DNA of 33,159 nt, from contig DHFN01000184.1 in the NCBI GenBank assembly GCA_002402275.1, forward strand, positions 2,274-35,432, in the 5' to 3' direction. This document shows positions 18,434 through 28,345 of the stretch, piece after piece (position 1 is the first letter of the stretch; each line of letters opens with the position of its first letter). The translations under genes were made by a program, and so were the position numbers. The DNA is from Anaerolineales bacterium UBA4823. GTDB taxonomy: Bacteria; Chloroflexota; Anaerolineae; Anaerolineales; UBA4823. The notes under the pieces are model-generated. The model searched no databases and had not been told where the DNA came from. It saw only the letters and a list, made by a program, of their open reading frames with translations.

Positions 18434-19531
18434 TTAACAAATACGCGGTAGCAATTCACCACTGAGCATTTCCAATAAGCGGGTGCTTCCCAAAATAGTC
18501 TTTAATAAAACCATGCCGGGGTTTTCGGCCGTAACCTTTCCAATGATCTGCGCGTTATTTCCATGAGGATCTTCGCGCAGAATTCCCAATACATTCTGAC
18601 ATTTCCGTTGATCCACAAAGAATAAGCATTTACCTTCATTAGCTACATAAAGTGGGTCAAACCCTAACATTTCACAAATAGATTGCACGCTTTCTGAAAT
18701 TGGGATGGTTTTTTCATCCAGCAAGATTCCCGTGTGGGATTGTTGGGCGATCTCGCTTAATGTGGTCGCTACACCGCCACGGGTAGGGTCACGCATGGCG
18801 TGGATCGCATTCCCGCCCTCCATGCAACCGGCATCTAACGCCTTCTGGATCATATCATTCAGCGGTGCCACATCGCTTACAATCTGAGATTCAAACCCTA
18901 ATTCGCCGCGCGCTTGAAGGACTGCTATTCCATGATCCCCAATCGATCCGGATAAGATAATCGCATCACCGGGTTTTACATATTGACCGCCGATCAGCAA
19001 TTCTTTTTTTCTAACACCAACCCCGCTCGTGGTAATGTAAATGCCATCACATTTCCCCTTTTCTACTACTTTTGTATCACCAGCAACCACTAAAACCTGC
19101 GCCTCCTGTGCCGTTGCTGACATTGTATCAATAATTTTTATTAATGTTTCAATCCGAAACCCCTCTTCAAGAATAAACCCAGCCATGATATGCTTGGGAA
19201 TTGCTCCCATCACTGCAATATCATTTACTGTACCACTTATCGCTAGTCTGCCTATATCCCCTCCTGGAAAGAATAAAGGGGAGACAACATGTGCATCAAC
19301 ACTAACCACAATCTCGTGATCAGGGTCTTGAATTGGAAGAACAGCACCATCATTCCCATCAAGGAAAGAATTGTTCAACCTACCCTGAAACACAGTGCGG
19401 ACGAGATCGTGAGTCATTTTCCCGCCACTACCATGACCGATTACAATCTGTTCGTGATGAGGTAGCGGGAGAGGGCAATATGCTCCTTGCATGGAAACTG
19501 GTTCTTGATCAGAAATAGATGATTGGTTCAA
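18434..19531 (-). CDS. hypE: Hydrogenase maturation carbamoyl dehydratase HypE
   Basis: GHGSGG, FFPGGDIG, GDTKVVE, MRDPTRGG, ANEG, C-terminal LPRIC. Confidence 0.96.
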   Translation of the reverse strand: MNQSSISDQEPVSMQGAYCPLPLPHHEQIVIGHGSGGKMTHDLVRTVFQGRLNNSFLDGNDGAVLPIQDPDHEIVVSVDAHVVSPLFFPGGDIGRLAISGTVNDIAVMGAIPKHIMAGFILEEGFRIETLIKIIDTMSATAQEAQVLVVAGDTKVVEKGKCDGIYITTSGVGVRKKELLIGGQYVKPGDAIILSGSIGDHGIAVLQARGELGFESQIVSDVAPLNDMIQKALDAGCMEGGNAIHAMRDPTRGGVATTLSEIAQQSHTGILLDEKTIPISESVQSICEMLGFDPLYVANEGKCLFFVDQRKCQNVLGILREDPHGNNAQIIGKVTAENPGMVLLKTILGSTRLLEMLSGELLPRIC

Positions 19532-19552
19532 AGTAATAATCCTAAAATCGAG

Positions 19553-20650
19553 TTAGCTTTGTTTAAACGAATATTGAAAATAGGCAGCACAAGCACCTTC
19601 CGAAGAGACCATCGTAGCACCTAATGGGTTTTCTGGTGTACAGACCGTCTCAAATGCTGAGCAATCAAAGGGCTTTTTTAATCCCTGTAAGATCTCACCA
19701 GCAATGCATAAGGGTGATTCCTGCGGTTCAATGGATTTGACATCAAAACGGTTTTCTGCATCATACTGTTCCCATTCTTGGCGTAATCTCCAACCACTCT
19801 CGGGGATGTTGCCAATCCCACGCCACTTTCGGTCACAAGTTTCAAATACTTTCCGGATGACTTTTTGAGCAGCAACATTTCCCTCCAGGGTGACAACCCT
19901 CGAGTAGGCATTTTCAACCTGATTTTCACCATTTTCCAATTGAACTACAGCTTTATAAACACCCTCTATAATATCCAAAGGTTCAAACCCCGTTACCACT
20001 ATTGGAATATGAAATTCCGCGCTAATCGGCGGATATTCCCAATAACCCATCACAGCACAGACATGCCCCGCCGCGAGAAAAGCCTGTACCCGATTGGATG
20101 GTGACCCTAAAATAGCCCTCATAGCTGGAGGAACACATACATGGGAAACCAGAATACTAAAATTTTTCAGCCCCAAAGTATCGGCTTGTAAAACCGACAT
20201 TGCATTGGCTGGGGCAGTTGTCTCAAAGCCAATAGCAAAAAATACAACCTCTTTCTCAGGGTTTTTAACCGCGATTTTCACCGCATCCAATGGGGAGTAA
20301 ACAACCCGAACATCCCCTCCGTTTGCGCGTACAGAAAATAAATCTTGCTTCGATCCTGGCACCCGTAACATATCTCCGTAAGAGGCGAAAATGACATTTG
20401 GGCTGGAAGCGATCTGGATTGCTTTATCTACTAATTCAAGGGAAGTGACACATACCGGGCAGCCTGGGCCATGGATAAATTCCACTTCTGGTGGCAGGAT
20501 TTGTTTCAATCCGTACTTCATGATTGCATGAGTTTGTCCACCACAAATTTCCATGATTGCCCAAGGGTGGGAAATGATTTTTCTGATTTCATTAACCCGG
20601 GACTGAATCAAACCAACATCGCGAAAGCTGCTTTTTAAATTTAGTTCCAT
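19553..20650 (-). CDS. hypD: Hydrogenase maturation protein HypD
   Basis: [38 protein letters not shown]. Confidence 0.96.
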   Translation of the reverse strand: MELNLKSSFRDVGLIQSRVNEIRKIISHPWAIMEICGGQTHAIMKYGLKQILPPEVEFIHGPGCPVCVTSLELVDKAIQIASSPNVIFASYGDMLRVPGSKQDLFSVRANGGDVRVVYSPLDAVKIAVKNPEKEVVFFAIGFETTAPANAMSVLQADTLGLKNFSILVSHVCVPPAMRAILGSPSNRVQAFLAAGHVCAVMGYWEYPPISAEFHIPIVVTGFEPLDIIEGVYKAVVQLENGENQVENAYSRVVTLEGNVAAQKVIRKVFETCDRKWRGIGNIPESGWRLRQEWEQYDAENRFDVKSIEPQESPLCIAGEILQGLKKPFDCSAFETVCTPENPLGATMVSSEGACAAYFQYSFKQS

Positions 20651-20674
20651 TTCTTTTAATTCCAGAATGAAGAT

Positions 20675-20932
20675 TTATTCGATCTTCTCTTGGGTTATCT
20701 CTTCACTCAGATCCGCAATTTGATTAAGCAATTGGAGAGTCTCAATCGCTTCTTCTTCACTGATAAGGTTCAACGCAAATCCAACATGGATAAGTGTGTA
20801 ATCGCCAATTTGTGCTTCCGGAACATATTCCAGACAAGCTTCACGAGTTACACCACCAAAATCAATCTTTCCCATTTTCAATCCGTTGTTTTCATAAATT
20901 TCGACAATTTTTCCTGGTACTCCTAAGCACAT
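20675..20932 (-). CDS. hypC: Hydrogenase chaperone HypC/HupF
   Basis: MCLGVPG N-terminus (Cys2 requires the ATG at 20932), LIHVGFA. Confidence 0.95.
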   Translation of the reverse strand: MCLGVPGKIVEIYENNGLKMGKIDFGGVTREACLEYVPEAQIGDYTLIHVGFALNLISEEEAIETLQLLNQIADLSEEITQEKIE

Positions 20933-20942
20933 ATTCATCTCC

Positions 20943-23300
20943 TCATAAAGACATCTGTTTACTTATAAAACCAGCGATCGCTGCCTGACCTAAAGAGATT
21001 CCACCGTCATTCGTAGGGACATTGTGATGGATAAGAACATTGAATCCTGCTTTCTTGAGCAAGGGGATCGTTTTGGATAGGAGAATGACATTTTGCCAAA
21101 CTCCACCGCTCAGGGCTACCGAATTAATTCCCCGTTCTGCCCGAATTTTGGAACAAACTTCCCTAGTCATCTCCGCAACCGTATTATGAAAACAGCCAGA
21201 GATCTGGTTGATTGGAACACCACCCCTCTGATAATCATCCAAAATTGCCAGAATCATTGGCAAAACATCAATTTCCAAACCAGAATACCCCGCCAAAATT
21301 TGAAAGGGATAACTTCGAGAAATCTGAGTATCCGCTAAGGCTTCAAATTCAATAGCTGCCTGAGCCTCATAATTAATCTTTTGACGAACATTTAATAGCG
21401 ACGCCACCAAGTCAAACAACCGTCCCATACTCGATGTTTGTATTATATTAATTTGATGATCTATCTGGGTTTTTAGGAGTTGTCTTTCCTCTGGGCAAAC
21501 AGCCAAACAACTTGGGATTTGTTCCGACCATTCTATCCCTTTGGAATACAGAAACGACAAAGCGATTCGAGCTGGAAAACGGATGGAACGGTCTCCTCCC
21601 AATAGAGGGAAATACTGTAGGTGAGCATAGCGCTCATAATTGGTGTAAGAGGCTATCAAAAATTCTCCGCCCCAAATAGCTCCATCGTCTCCGTAACCGG
21701 TTCCATCAAAAGAAACCCCGATAATTGGAGAATTGTCTATCCAGTGGTTTTCCGCTAGACAACTAGCGATGTGGGCATGATGATGCTGAACTGGAACGCT
21801 CATTAATCGTTCTTCTCCCGCTTGGTGTAAAGCATAACGAGTGGATAAATAATCTGGATGTTTATCATAAGCAATGATTTCTGGATTAATTCGGAAGAGC
21901 TTCTTATAATGATCGATTCCAGTAGTAAAGGATTGGAATGTCTCGTAATTTTCTAAATCCCCGATGTGATGGCTTAAAAAAGCATAATTCGAGCGGGTTA
22001 AACAAAACGTGTTTTTTAATTCCGCTCCGCAAGCTAGGATTTGAGGCAAATCCCATTCAAGTTGAATCGGGTTTGGAGCATAACCACGCGATCGTCGTGC
22101 AGGGTAAGGTTGTGGTTTTTCTTCAGGAAGATAGTAAAAACGGGTTACTGAATCATCACAACGAATATGAATGGGGCGGTTATGCATCAAGTAACTATCT
22201 GCTAATTCTGCTAATTGTTCATGAGCTAAGATATTATCCGTTGCAATCGGTTCTTCGGAGCGATTGCCACTAGTCATAACCAACACTTCTAAAGAATGGT
22301 TTGAGTAATTCTGCTTTTGATAATCATAAAAAAGCATATAATGTAACGGAGTATAAGGCAGCATTACCCCAATTGTAGATTGATATGGGGCAACTTGAGG
22401 AACAATCAAGGAATCTGGTCGTCGTTCTAAGATGACAATTGGTCGTTCTCGGGAGGTGAGCAATTCGATTTCTGCCTGACTGACAAGGCAATGCTTTTTT
22501 ACGGTTTCAAGGTCAGCCATCATTACTGCAAAAGGTTTATCTACCCGGCGCTTTCTTTCCCTTAAATTGGTCACTGCTTGTAGATTTAATGCATCACACG
22601 ATAGATGAAATCCCCCAATTCCTTTGATCGCCAGGATTTTTCCGTTTAGTAACTCAAATTGCGCAGCTTCTGCAACTTCTGCATCCGTTGCAGATAGGTC
22701 TAACGAACATGAATGATCTTGATTATCTAACCAAATATGAGGACCACAAATTGAGCAAGCAACCGGTTGAGCATGAAAACGCCGGTCTTCAGGGTTTTGA
22801 TATTCCTCTCGACAGGACTCACACATTGGAAAATCCACCATCGTGGTATTCGGACGATCATAAGGGATATCCTTGATAATCGTAAAACGGGGACCACAAT
22901 TAGTGCAGTTTATAAATGGGTAAAGATAACGCCGATCGGTAGGATCAAACAATTCTCTCAGGCAATCTTCACAAATGGATATATCGGGAGAAATGGGGAT
23001 AAAAGCTGTATCAATTTCTTGCGATTCAAGAATTTGGAAATCATTAAAGTGATCATATGAGATCAAATGACTGCTATATTCATCAATTCTGGCTAGGGGG
23101 GGGACTTGCAAAGGGATCTGTTTCTCAAAATTTTCTAAGTCTTCCTGAAAACCATTAACTGTAATATCAACACCCGCACTCGTATTCTTAACCCAGCCAG
23201 TCAAATGGTATTGCTTGGCTAACTTATAAATAAACGGACGAAAACCCACACCTTGTACAATCCCCCTAATATGAATAGCTCGCCCAATAATCTCGCTCAT
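20943..23300 (-). CDS. hypF: Carbamoyltransferase HypF
   Basis: Acylphosphatase GIVQGVGFRPF, zinc fingers (CTNCGPRF), KGIGGFHL, QHHHAH, DGTGYG, NDGGISLGQ. Confidence 0.97.
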   Translation of the reverse strand: MSEIIGRAIHIRGIVQGVGFRPFIYKLAKQYHLTGWVKNTSAGVDITVNGFQEDLENFEKQIPLQVPPLARIDEYSSHLISYDHFNDFQILESQEIDTAFIPISPDISICEDCLRELFDPTDRRYLYPFINCTNCGPRFTIIKDIPYDRPNTTMVDFPMCESCREEYQNPEDRRFHAQPVACSICGPHIWLDNQDHSCSLDLSATDAEVAEAAQFELLNGKILAIKGIGGFHLSCDALNLQAVTNLRERKRRVDKPFAVMMADLETVKKHCLVSQAEIELLTSRERPIVILERRPDSLIVPQVAPYQSTIGVMLPYTPLHYMLFYDYQKQNYSNHSLEVLVMTSGNRSEEPIATDNILAHEQLAELADSYLMHNRPIHIRCDDSVTRFYYLPEEKPQPYPARRSRGYAPNPIQLEWDLPQILACGAELKNTFCLTRSNYAFLSHHIGDLENYETFQSFTTGIDHYKKLFRINPEIIAYDKHPDYLSTRYALHQAGEERLMSVPVQHHHAHIASCLAENHWIDNSPIIGVSFDGTGYGDDGAIWGGEFLIASYTNYERYAHLQYFPLLGGDRSIRFPARIALSFLYSKGIEWSEQIPSCLAVCPEERQLLKTQIDHQINIIQTSSMGRLFDLVASLLNVRQKINYEAQAAIEFEALADTQISRSYPFQILAGYSGLEIDVLPMILAILDDYQRGGVPINQISGCFHNTVAEMTREVCSKIRAERGINSVALSGGVWQNVILLSKTIPLLKKAGFNVLIHHNVPTNDGGISLGQAAIAGFISKQMSL

Positions 23301-23303
23301 CGT

Positions 23304-23981
23304 TCACGAAGTTTCTTTTTTGAAAATATCCATCTCTTTGTTTAACCACCCAAACCATTTTTCTAAGCCTTCATTCGTGCGGCAAGAAAGAGGGATAATC
23401 TCCACATTTGGGTTTAAGACCTGCAATCCTTTGGAAAAAAATTCAGAATCGAAATCTACATAGGGTAGCAAATCAATTTTGTTTAAAACAACCACATCTA
23501 CACCGCGGTACATGCCCGGATATTTATGAGGTTTATCATCTCCTTCAGGAACCGAAGCGACCAGGACATTTTTATAGGTGCCTAATTCGAAATTTGCTGG
23601 ACAAACTAGGTTGCCGACATTTTCGACAATTAATAAATCATACTCTGATAATGTGGTTTGAGATAACGCTCGGCTCACCATCATTGCATCCAAATGGCAA
23701 TCACCGCCGGTATTTATTTGAATAGCTTTTGCTCCTGCAGCTGCAGCCCGGTCAGCATCATAAGTCGTGGCTATATCCCCATCCACAACTAGGACCCGAT
23801 GACTGGGAGTGAAGGCATGCAAAGTTTTCTCAATTAAAGTAGTTTTTCCTGCACCTGGTGATGCCATTATATTAATTGAAAATAATCTAGCAGATAATAA
23901 ATTTTGTCGATTCTGCTCTGCCAATCCATCATTGGCATTCATTATATTTTGTACAATGGTGATTTTTTGTTGTTCGTTCAT
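23304..23981 (-). CDS. hypB: Nickel-insertion GTPase HypB
   Basis: SPGAGKT, TGGDCHLDA, ENVGNLVCPA, EGDDKP, NKID. Confidence 0.96.
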   Translation of the reverse strand: MNEQQKITIVQNIMNANDGLAEQNRQNLLSARLFSINIMASPGAGKTTLIEKTLHAFTPSHRVLVVDGDIATTYDADRAAAAGAKAIQINTGGDCHLDAMMVSRALSQTTLSEYDLLIVENVGNLVCPANFELGTYKNVLVASVPEGDDKPHKYPGMYRGVDVVVLNKIDLLPYVDFDSEFFSKGLQVLNPNVEIIPLSCRTNEGLEKWFGWLNKEMDIFKKETS

Positions 23982-24322
23982 TTTTCGATGTCTATTGCTT
24001 CTAAATAAAATTCTTCACCACTCAAGACCTTGATCCTCGTGCTTCCACAATGAGGGCATATAATTGAATCCCCATCTGGTTGATACACTTCGTGGCAGTC
24101 TAAACATTCAAATTGGGTGGTAATCCGTCTGAATTGAAGTTGAGCTCCTTCCGCAATACTATCCTTAGATATTATGTCCCAGTAGAATTGTACCGAATCA
24201 TCCACGATCGATGACAAATCGCCAATCACCAAATAAATATTGGTTATTTTTGTTGCTTGAGCTTGACTGGCATTTTGCAAAACAATATCCAGGATACTTT
24301 GGGTTACAGCTAATTCATGCAT
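23978..24322 (-). CDS. hypA: Nickel metallochaperone HypA
   Basis: MHE N-terminus, two CxxC motifs (CLDC, CPHC); 4-nt overlap with hypB. Confidence 0.96.
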   Translation of the reverse strand: MHELAVTQSILDIVLQNASQAQATKITNIYLVIGDLSSIVDDSVQFYWDIISKDSIAEGAQLQFRRITTQFECLDCHEVYQPDGDSIICPHCGSTRIKVLSGEEFYLEAIDIEK

Positions 24323-24476
24323 ACCAGTTCAACATCCAATGACAATCTTATTCTAAATAAATCAACCACTATAGTGTAGGATGTCACTGATATAATATTA
24401 CCAATAATATCCTAAATCACCAGATATTTCCCAAATTCAATCCTGGATTCGATTATTTAATCTGATTAACTATTTG

Positions 24477-24677
24477 TTAGACTGGCTTGTGGTTGATTTC
24501 TTCTGATGCAGCAGTCTTGGGTTGTTTGTCCTCGCTAAGCCCATGCAAACCATCCTTGAATGCCCGGATTCCTTTCCCAAATTCTCCAGCCACTTTACTA
24601 ATCCGTCCAACACCAAAGAGTAATATCACAATGATCAGAATAATTATGAGTTCAGATCCACCAGGTAATCGCAACAT
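24477..24677 (-). CDS. tatA: Twin-arginine translocase TatA/E subunit
   Basis: ELIIILIIVILLFG + amphipathic GKGIRAFKDG; AGGAG RBS. Confidence 0.93.
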   Translation of the reverse strand: MLRLPGGSELIIILIIVILLFGVGRISKVAGEFGKGIRAFKDGLHGLSEDKQPKTAASEEINHKPV

Positions 24678-24738
24678 AGATCTTCTCCTAATTTTAATTT
24701 GTAATCTTCACTAAACTCAATTATACTACCCATCAAGG

Positions 24739-26088
24739 ATGAACAAAGAACTCACAATTATCGGTGGTGGTTTAGCGGGATGTGAAGCAGCCTGGCAAGC
24801 AGCTCAACAGGGGATAATGGTTTCACTTTATGAAATGAGACCTTTAAAATCAACCGGAGCTCATATTAGCGCCGGCTTAGCTGAACTGGTTTGTTCAAAT
24901 TCGCTTGGATCAGAACGAGTTGATCGTGCTTCCGGTTTACTTCTACAAGAATTAATCTCGCTTAATTCAGTCCTCGTGAAATGTGCTTTAGAAACCAAAA
25001 TACCTGCAGGAAGAGCACTGGCTGTTGACCGCCAAAAATTCTCCGATCGGGTTACTGAGATCATTGAAAACCATCCCCATATCAAGGTGTTTCGACAAGA
25101 AATAACTTCCATTCCTAACCAGCCTTGCATTATTGCATCTGGACCACTTACATCATCGGCTTTATCCGCTGCAATTGCTCAATTCACTGAAAAATCAAAT
25201 TTATTTTTTTATGATGCGGTTGCGCCGATTGTACAAAAAGAGACCATTAATTTTAAGATTGCCTTTTTAAGTAGTCGTTATCAAAAGGAAAGTGATGATT
25301 ACATCAATTGTCCTCTCACAAAGGAGGAATATGAACAGTTTGTGAGAGAACTTCTCAGTGCAGAGAGAATCCCTCTCCGTGAATTTGAATCCCAGATAAA
25401 CCAAGGTGTCACAACTGGAAAGGATCGGTTTTTTGAAGGCTGCCTACCTATTGAGGTATTAGCAAAGAGGGGGCAAGATACTTTAGCCTTCGGTCCCTTA
25501 AGACCAACTGGATTGCACGATCCGCATAGTGGAAAACGTCCTTATGCGGTTGTTCAATTGCGCCAAGATAACATTGCAGCATCCCTTTATAATATGGTAG
25601 GTTTTCAAACGAATTTAACTTATCCAGAACAAAAACGGGTATTTCGATTGATCCCTGGATTAGAAAATGCCGACTTTGCCCGTTATGGTCAAATGCATCG
25701 AAATACATTTTTGTTTGCTCCTGAAATTCTGAAACCCACGTTACAAGCAGTTAACCGGGCAGATCTATTTTTTGCCGGACAACTCATCGGCATTGAGGGC
25801 TATCTCGGAAACATTGCTTCTGGTTTATTGGCTGGCATCAATGCTGCCCGCTATCTTAATGGAGAAGAAACCATCACTTTACCGCAAGGGTGTATGTTAG
25901 GGAGTTTGATTTATTATATTACCCACGCTAAACCTGAAGACTTTCAACCAATGAAAGCAAATTACGGATTGCTTATAGACAAAGAAGAATCTCAAAAGGT
26001 TCCAAAACAGTTAAGGAATCAGAAATTCTACGAGAATTCTATGGAAGTGATTCGTGAAGTTTCTAAACAATTAGGGGATAACCATTAA
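24739..26088 (+). CDS. trmFO: Folate/FAD-dependent tRNA (uracil-54) methyltransferase
   Basis: IIGGGLAGCEAA, ELVCSNS, FFEGCLPIE, VVQLRQDN, GFQTNL, YGQMHRNTF, FQPMKANYG. Confidence 0.96.
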   Translation: MNKELTIIGGGLAGCEAAWQAAQQGIMVSLYEMRPLKSTGAHISAGLAELVCSNSLGSERVDRASGLLLQELISLNSVLVKCALETKIPAGRALAVDRQKFSDRVTEIIENHPHIKVFRQEITSIPNQPCIIASGPLTSSALSAAIAQFTEKSNLFFYDAVAPIVQKETINFKIAFLSSRYQKESDDYINCPLTKEEYEQFVRELLSAERIPLREFESQINQGVTTGKDRFFEGCLPIEVLAKRGQDTLAFGPLRPTGLHDPHSGKRPYAVVQLRQDNIAASLYNMVGFQTNLTYPEQKRVFRLIPGLENADFARYGQMHRNTFLFAPEILKPTLQAVNRADLFFAGQLIGIEGYLGNIASGLLAGINAARYLNGEETITLPQGCMLGSLIYYITHAKPEDFQPMKANYGLLIDKEESQKVPKQLRNQKFYENSMEVIREVSKQLGDNH

Positions 26089-26089
26089 T

Positions 26090-26980
26090 ATGCGTATAGC
26101 TATTCGTTTGTTTGCTAATTTAATGATATTATTCCTACTAGCTTCGTGTTCTAAGCTCAACGATTTAAAACCTGCCCCGACTCCGAATCCAATTAGCTCG
26201 ATCCATAAAGACCTGATCACACAATCGAATTGCGGGCCTCGATTGCCTGGTTCATCCTGTCATACAGAAGTCGAAAAATATATCTTCACTGTTTTAGAAC
26301 AAAACCAATGGCAGGTAGAAAAGCAGATTTTTACAGTCAATGGAATTCAAGGGACAAATATTATCGGCAAATTTGGGGTAGGGGAGCAACCAATTATCTT
26401 GGGTGCCCATTATGACACTCGTTTTATTGCCGATCAGGATCCCGATCCTGTAGAACGAACCCAACCAGTCCCAGGGGCAAATGATGGCGCCTCGGGGGTT
26501 GCAGGATTACTGCAACTAGCCCGTTCGATCCCCGTTTCAATTCCCAAGAATTCTTCATCCATTTGGTTAGTTTTCTTTGACTTGGAAGATAATGGTAACT
26601 ATCAGGGATGGGATTGGATAGTTGGATCAACTGCTTTTGTCAATCAACTCACCATTAAACCTAAAGCTGCAATTATCATTGATATGATTGGAGACAAGGA
26701 TTTAAATATATACTATGAATTGAACTCTGATAAAAACATTCGTGAACAAATTTGGAATGTTGCGGCAGATTTAGGATATCAAAATATCTTTATCTCAACC
26801 GTTAAATATAATATGCTCGATGACCATACCCCTTTTTTACTGAAAGGCATCCCTGCAGTAGATATTATTGATTTTGACTATCCTTATTGGCATACCTCTG
26901 AAGATACTTTGGATAAAATATCTGCTGAGAATATTTTGATCATAAGTCAAACCCTCTTAGAGTGGTTGAAAGAACGTTAA
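26090..26980 (+). CDS. M28-family zinc lipoprotein (glutaminyl cyclase-like)
   Basis: Lipobox LLAS-C; GAHYDTR, PGANDGASG, FFDLED, DMIG, DDHTPF, YWHT. Confidence 0.85.
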   Translation: MRIAIRLFANLMILFLLASCSKLNDLKPAPTPNPISSIHKDLITQSNCGPRLPGSSCHTEVEKYIFTVLEQNQWQVEKQIFTVNGIQGTNIIGKFGVGEQPIILGAHYDTRFIADQDPDPVERTQPVPGANDGASGVAGLLQLARSIPVSIPKNSSSIWLVFFDLEDNGNYQGWDWIVGSTAFVNQLTIKPKAAIIIDMIGDKDLNIYYELNSDKNIREQIWNVAADLGYQNIFISTVKYNMLDDHTPFLLKGIPAVDIIDFDYPYWHTSEDTLDKISAENILIISQTLLEWLKER

Positions 26981-26988
26981 AATAAATT

Positions 26989-28323
26989 ATGGCAAAAAAA
27001 ATCCCCCAAAATACCCGCTCTTATACTGACCGAGCTATTATGGTAGGAGTTGAAATTGGAAACCAAAAAAGCGATTTCACTCTTCAAGATTCCATGAGTG
27101 AGTTAGAGAGATTAGCAGAAACAGCCGGAGTGATGGTGGTCGGAAGCACCACCCAAAAGCTCGATCATCCAAATCCTCAAACTTATATTGGCTCTGGTAA
27201 AGTGGAAGAATTATTTATGTTGGTAAACGAATTAGATGCTAACATGATTTTATTCGATGACGAATTATCGCCCCGTCATTTACGAGAGCTCGAGAAACAT
27301 TTTGGGTTAGATATCTCCATCATTGACCGCACCGCATTAATCTTGGATATTTTTGCTCAGCATGCATCAACCCGGGAGGGTGCATTACAGGTTGAGCTGG
27401 CAGAATATGAATATCGTCTTCCTCGATTAACCCGGGCTTGGACTCACCTAGCCAGGCAAACTGGCGGAGGGGCAGGGCGGACTGGAACCGTAGGTGGAGT
27501 GGGTTTGCGGGGGCCTGGTGAAACGCAGCTGGAAGTAGACCGTCGTGACATCCGCAGAAGAATAGCCCATTTGAAAGGGGAAATCGAGAAAGTCAAAGTG
27601 CATCGCCGGCAATATCGTCGCCGGCGTCAAAAATATGGCATTCCCGTGGTGGCATTGATTGGCTATACCAATGCTGGAAAATCCACGTTGCTCAATCGTT
27701 TGTCCCATGCGAATGTTTATGTTGCCAACCAATTATTCGCAACTTTGGATCCAACCACCCGGCAGGTCCGTTTAGGAAATCAAAACCAGATCCTCGTTAC
27801 TGATACAGTGGGTTTTATTCAAAAACTCCCCACAACTTTAGTTGCAGCTTTCCGAGCAACTTTAGAAGAAATTGGAGAAGCAGATTTATTGCTACATATA
27901 GTAGACATCAATCATCCAAATGCACTGGAACAAGCCCGGTCTGTATATCAAACATTAAAAGAAATAGATGCTGATAAATTGCCAATTATAACGATCTTGA
28001 ATAAAATCGATTTATTAAATGACCCCGACCAGGTTCAAAGAACCACCAGTCAGTTTCCTAACTCAGTGGCTGTTTCAGCTCAACTAGGAATAGGAATTGA
28101 CAAATTAATCCAAAAAATCAATGATTTCTTGTTTGAAACAATGCACCCAGTCACCCTGAAAATCCCTGAGCGGGAAGAAAATATCTTGCATATGTTTACC
28201 CAATTTGGACAAGTGGAACGTCTTGAGCACGACGAGCAATTTATAATCGTTGTTGGTTCAATTGCTGGGCGGTATCTGGCACGATTCTTACCTTATCAAA
28301 TTATGCCAGATACAATCCCATAG
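26989..28323 (+). CDS. hflX: Ribosome-splitting GTPase HflX
   Basis: DRTALILDIFAQHA, RGPGETQLE, GYTNAGKS, LFATLDPT, DTVGFI, NKID. Confidence 0.96.
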   Translation: MAKKIPQNTRSYTDRAIMVGVEIGNQKSDFTLQDSMSELERLAETAGVMVVGSTTQKLDHPNPQTYIGSGKVEELFMLVNELDANMILFDDELSPRHLRELEKHFGLDISIIDRTALILDIFAQHASTREGALQVELAEYEYRLPRLTRAWTHLARQTGGGAGRTGTVGGVGLRGPGETQLEVDRRDIRRRIAHLKGEIEKVKVHRRQYRRRRQKYGIPVVALIGYTNAGKSTLLNRLSHANVYVANQLFATLDPTTRQVRLGNQNQILVTDTVGFIQKLPTTLVAAFRATLEEIGEADLLLHIVDINHPNALEQARSVYQTLKEIDADKLPIITILNKIDLLNDPDQVQRTTSQFPNSVAVSAQLGIGIDKLIQKINDFLFETMHPVTLKIPEREENILHMFTQFGQVERLEHDEQFIIVVGSIAGRYLARFLPYQIMPDTIP

Positions 28324-28345
28324 GAATAGTATTCCGCTAAGTTTA

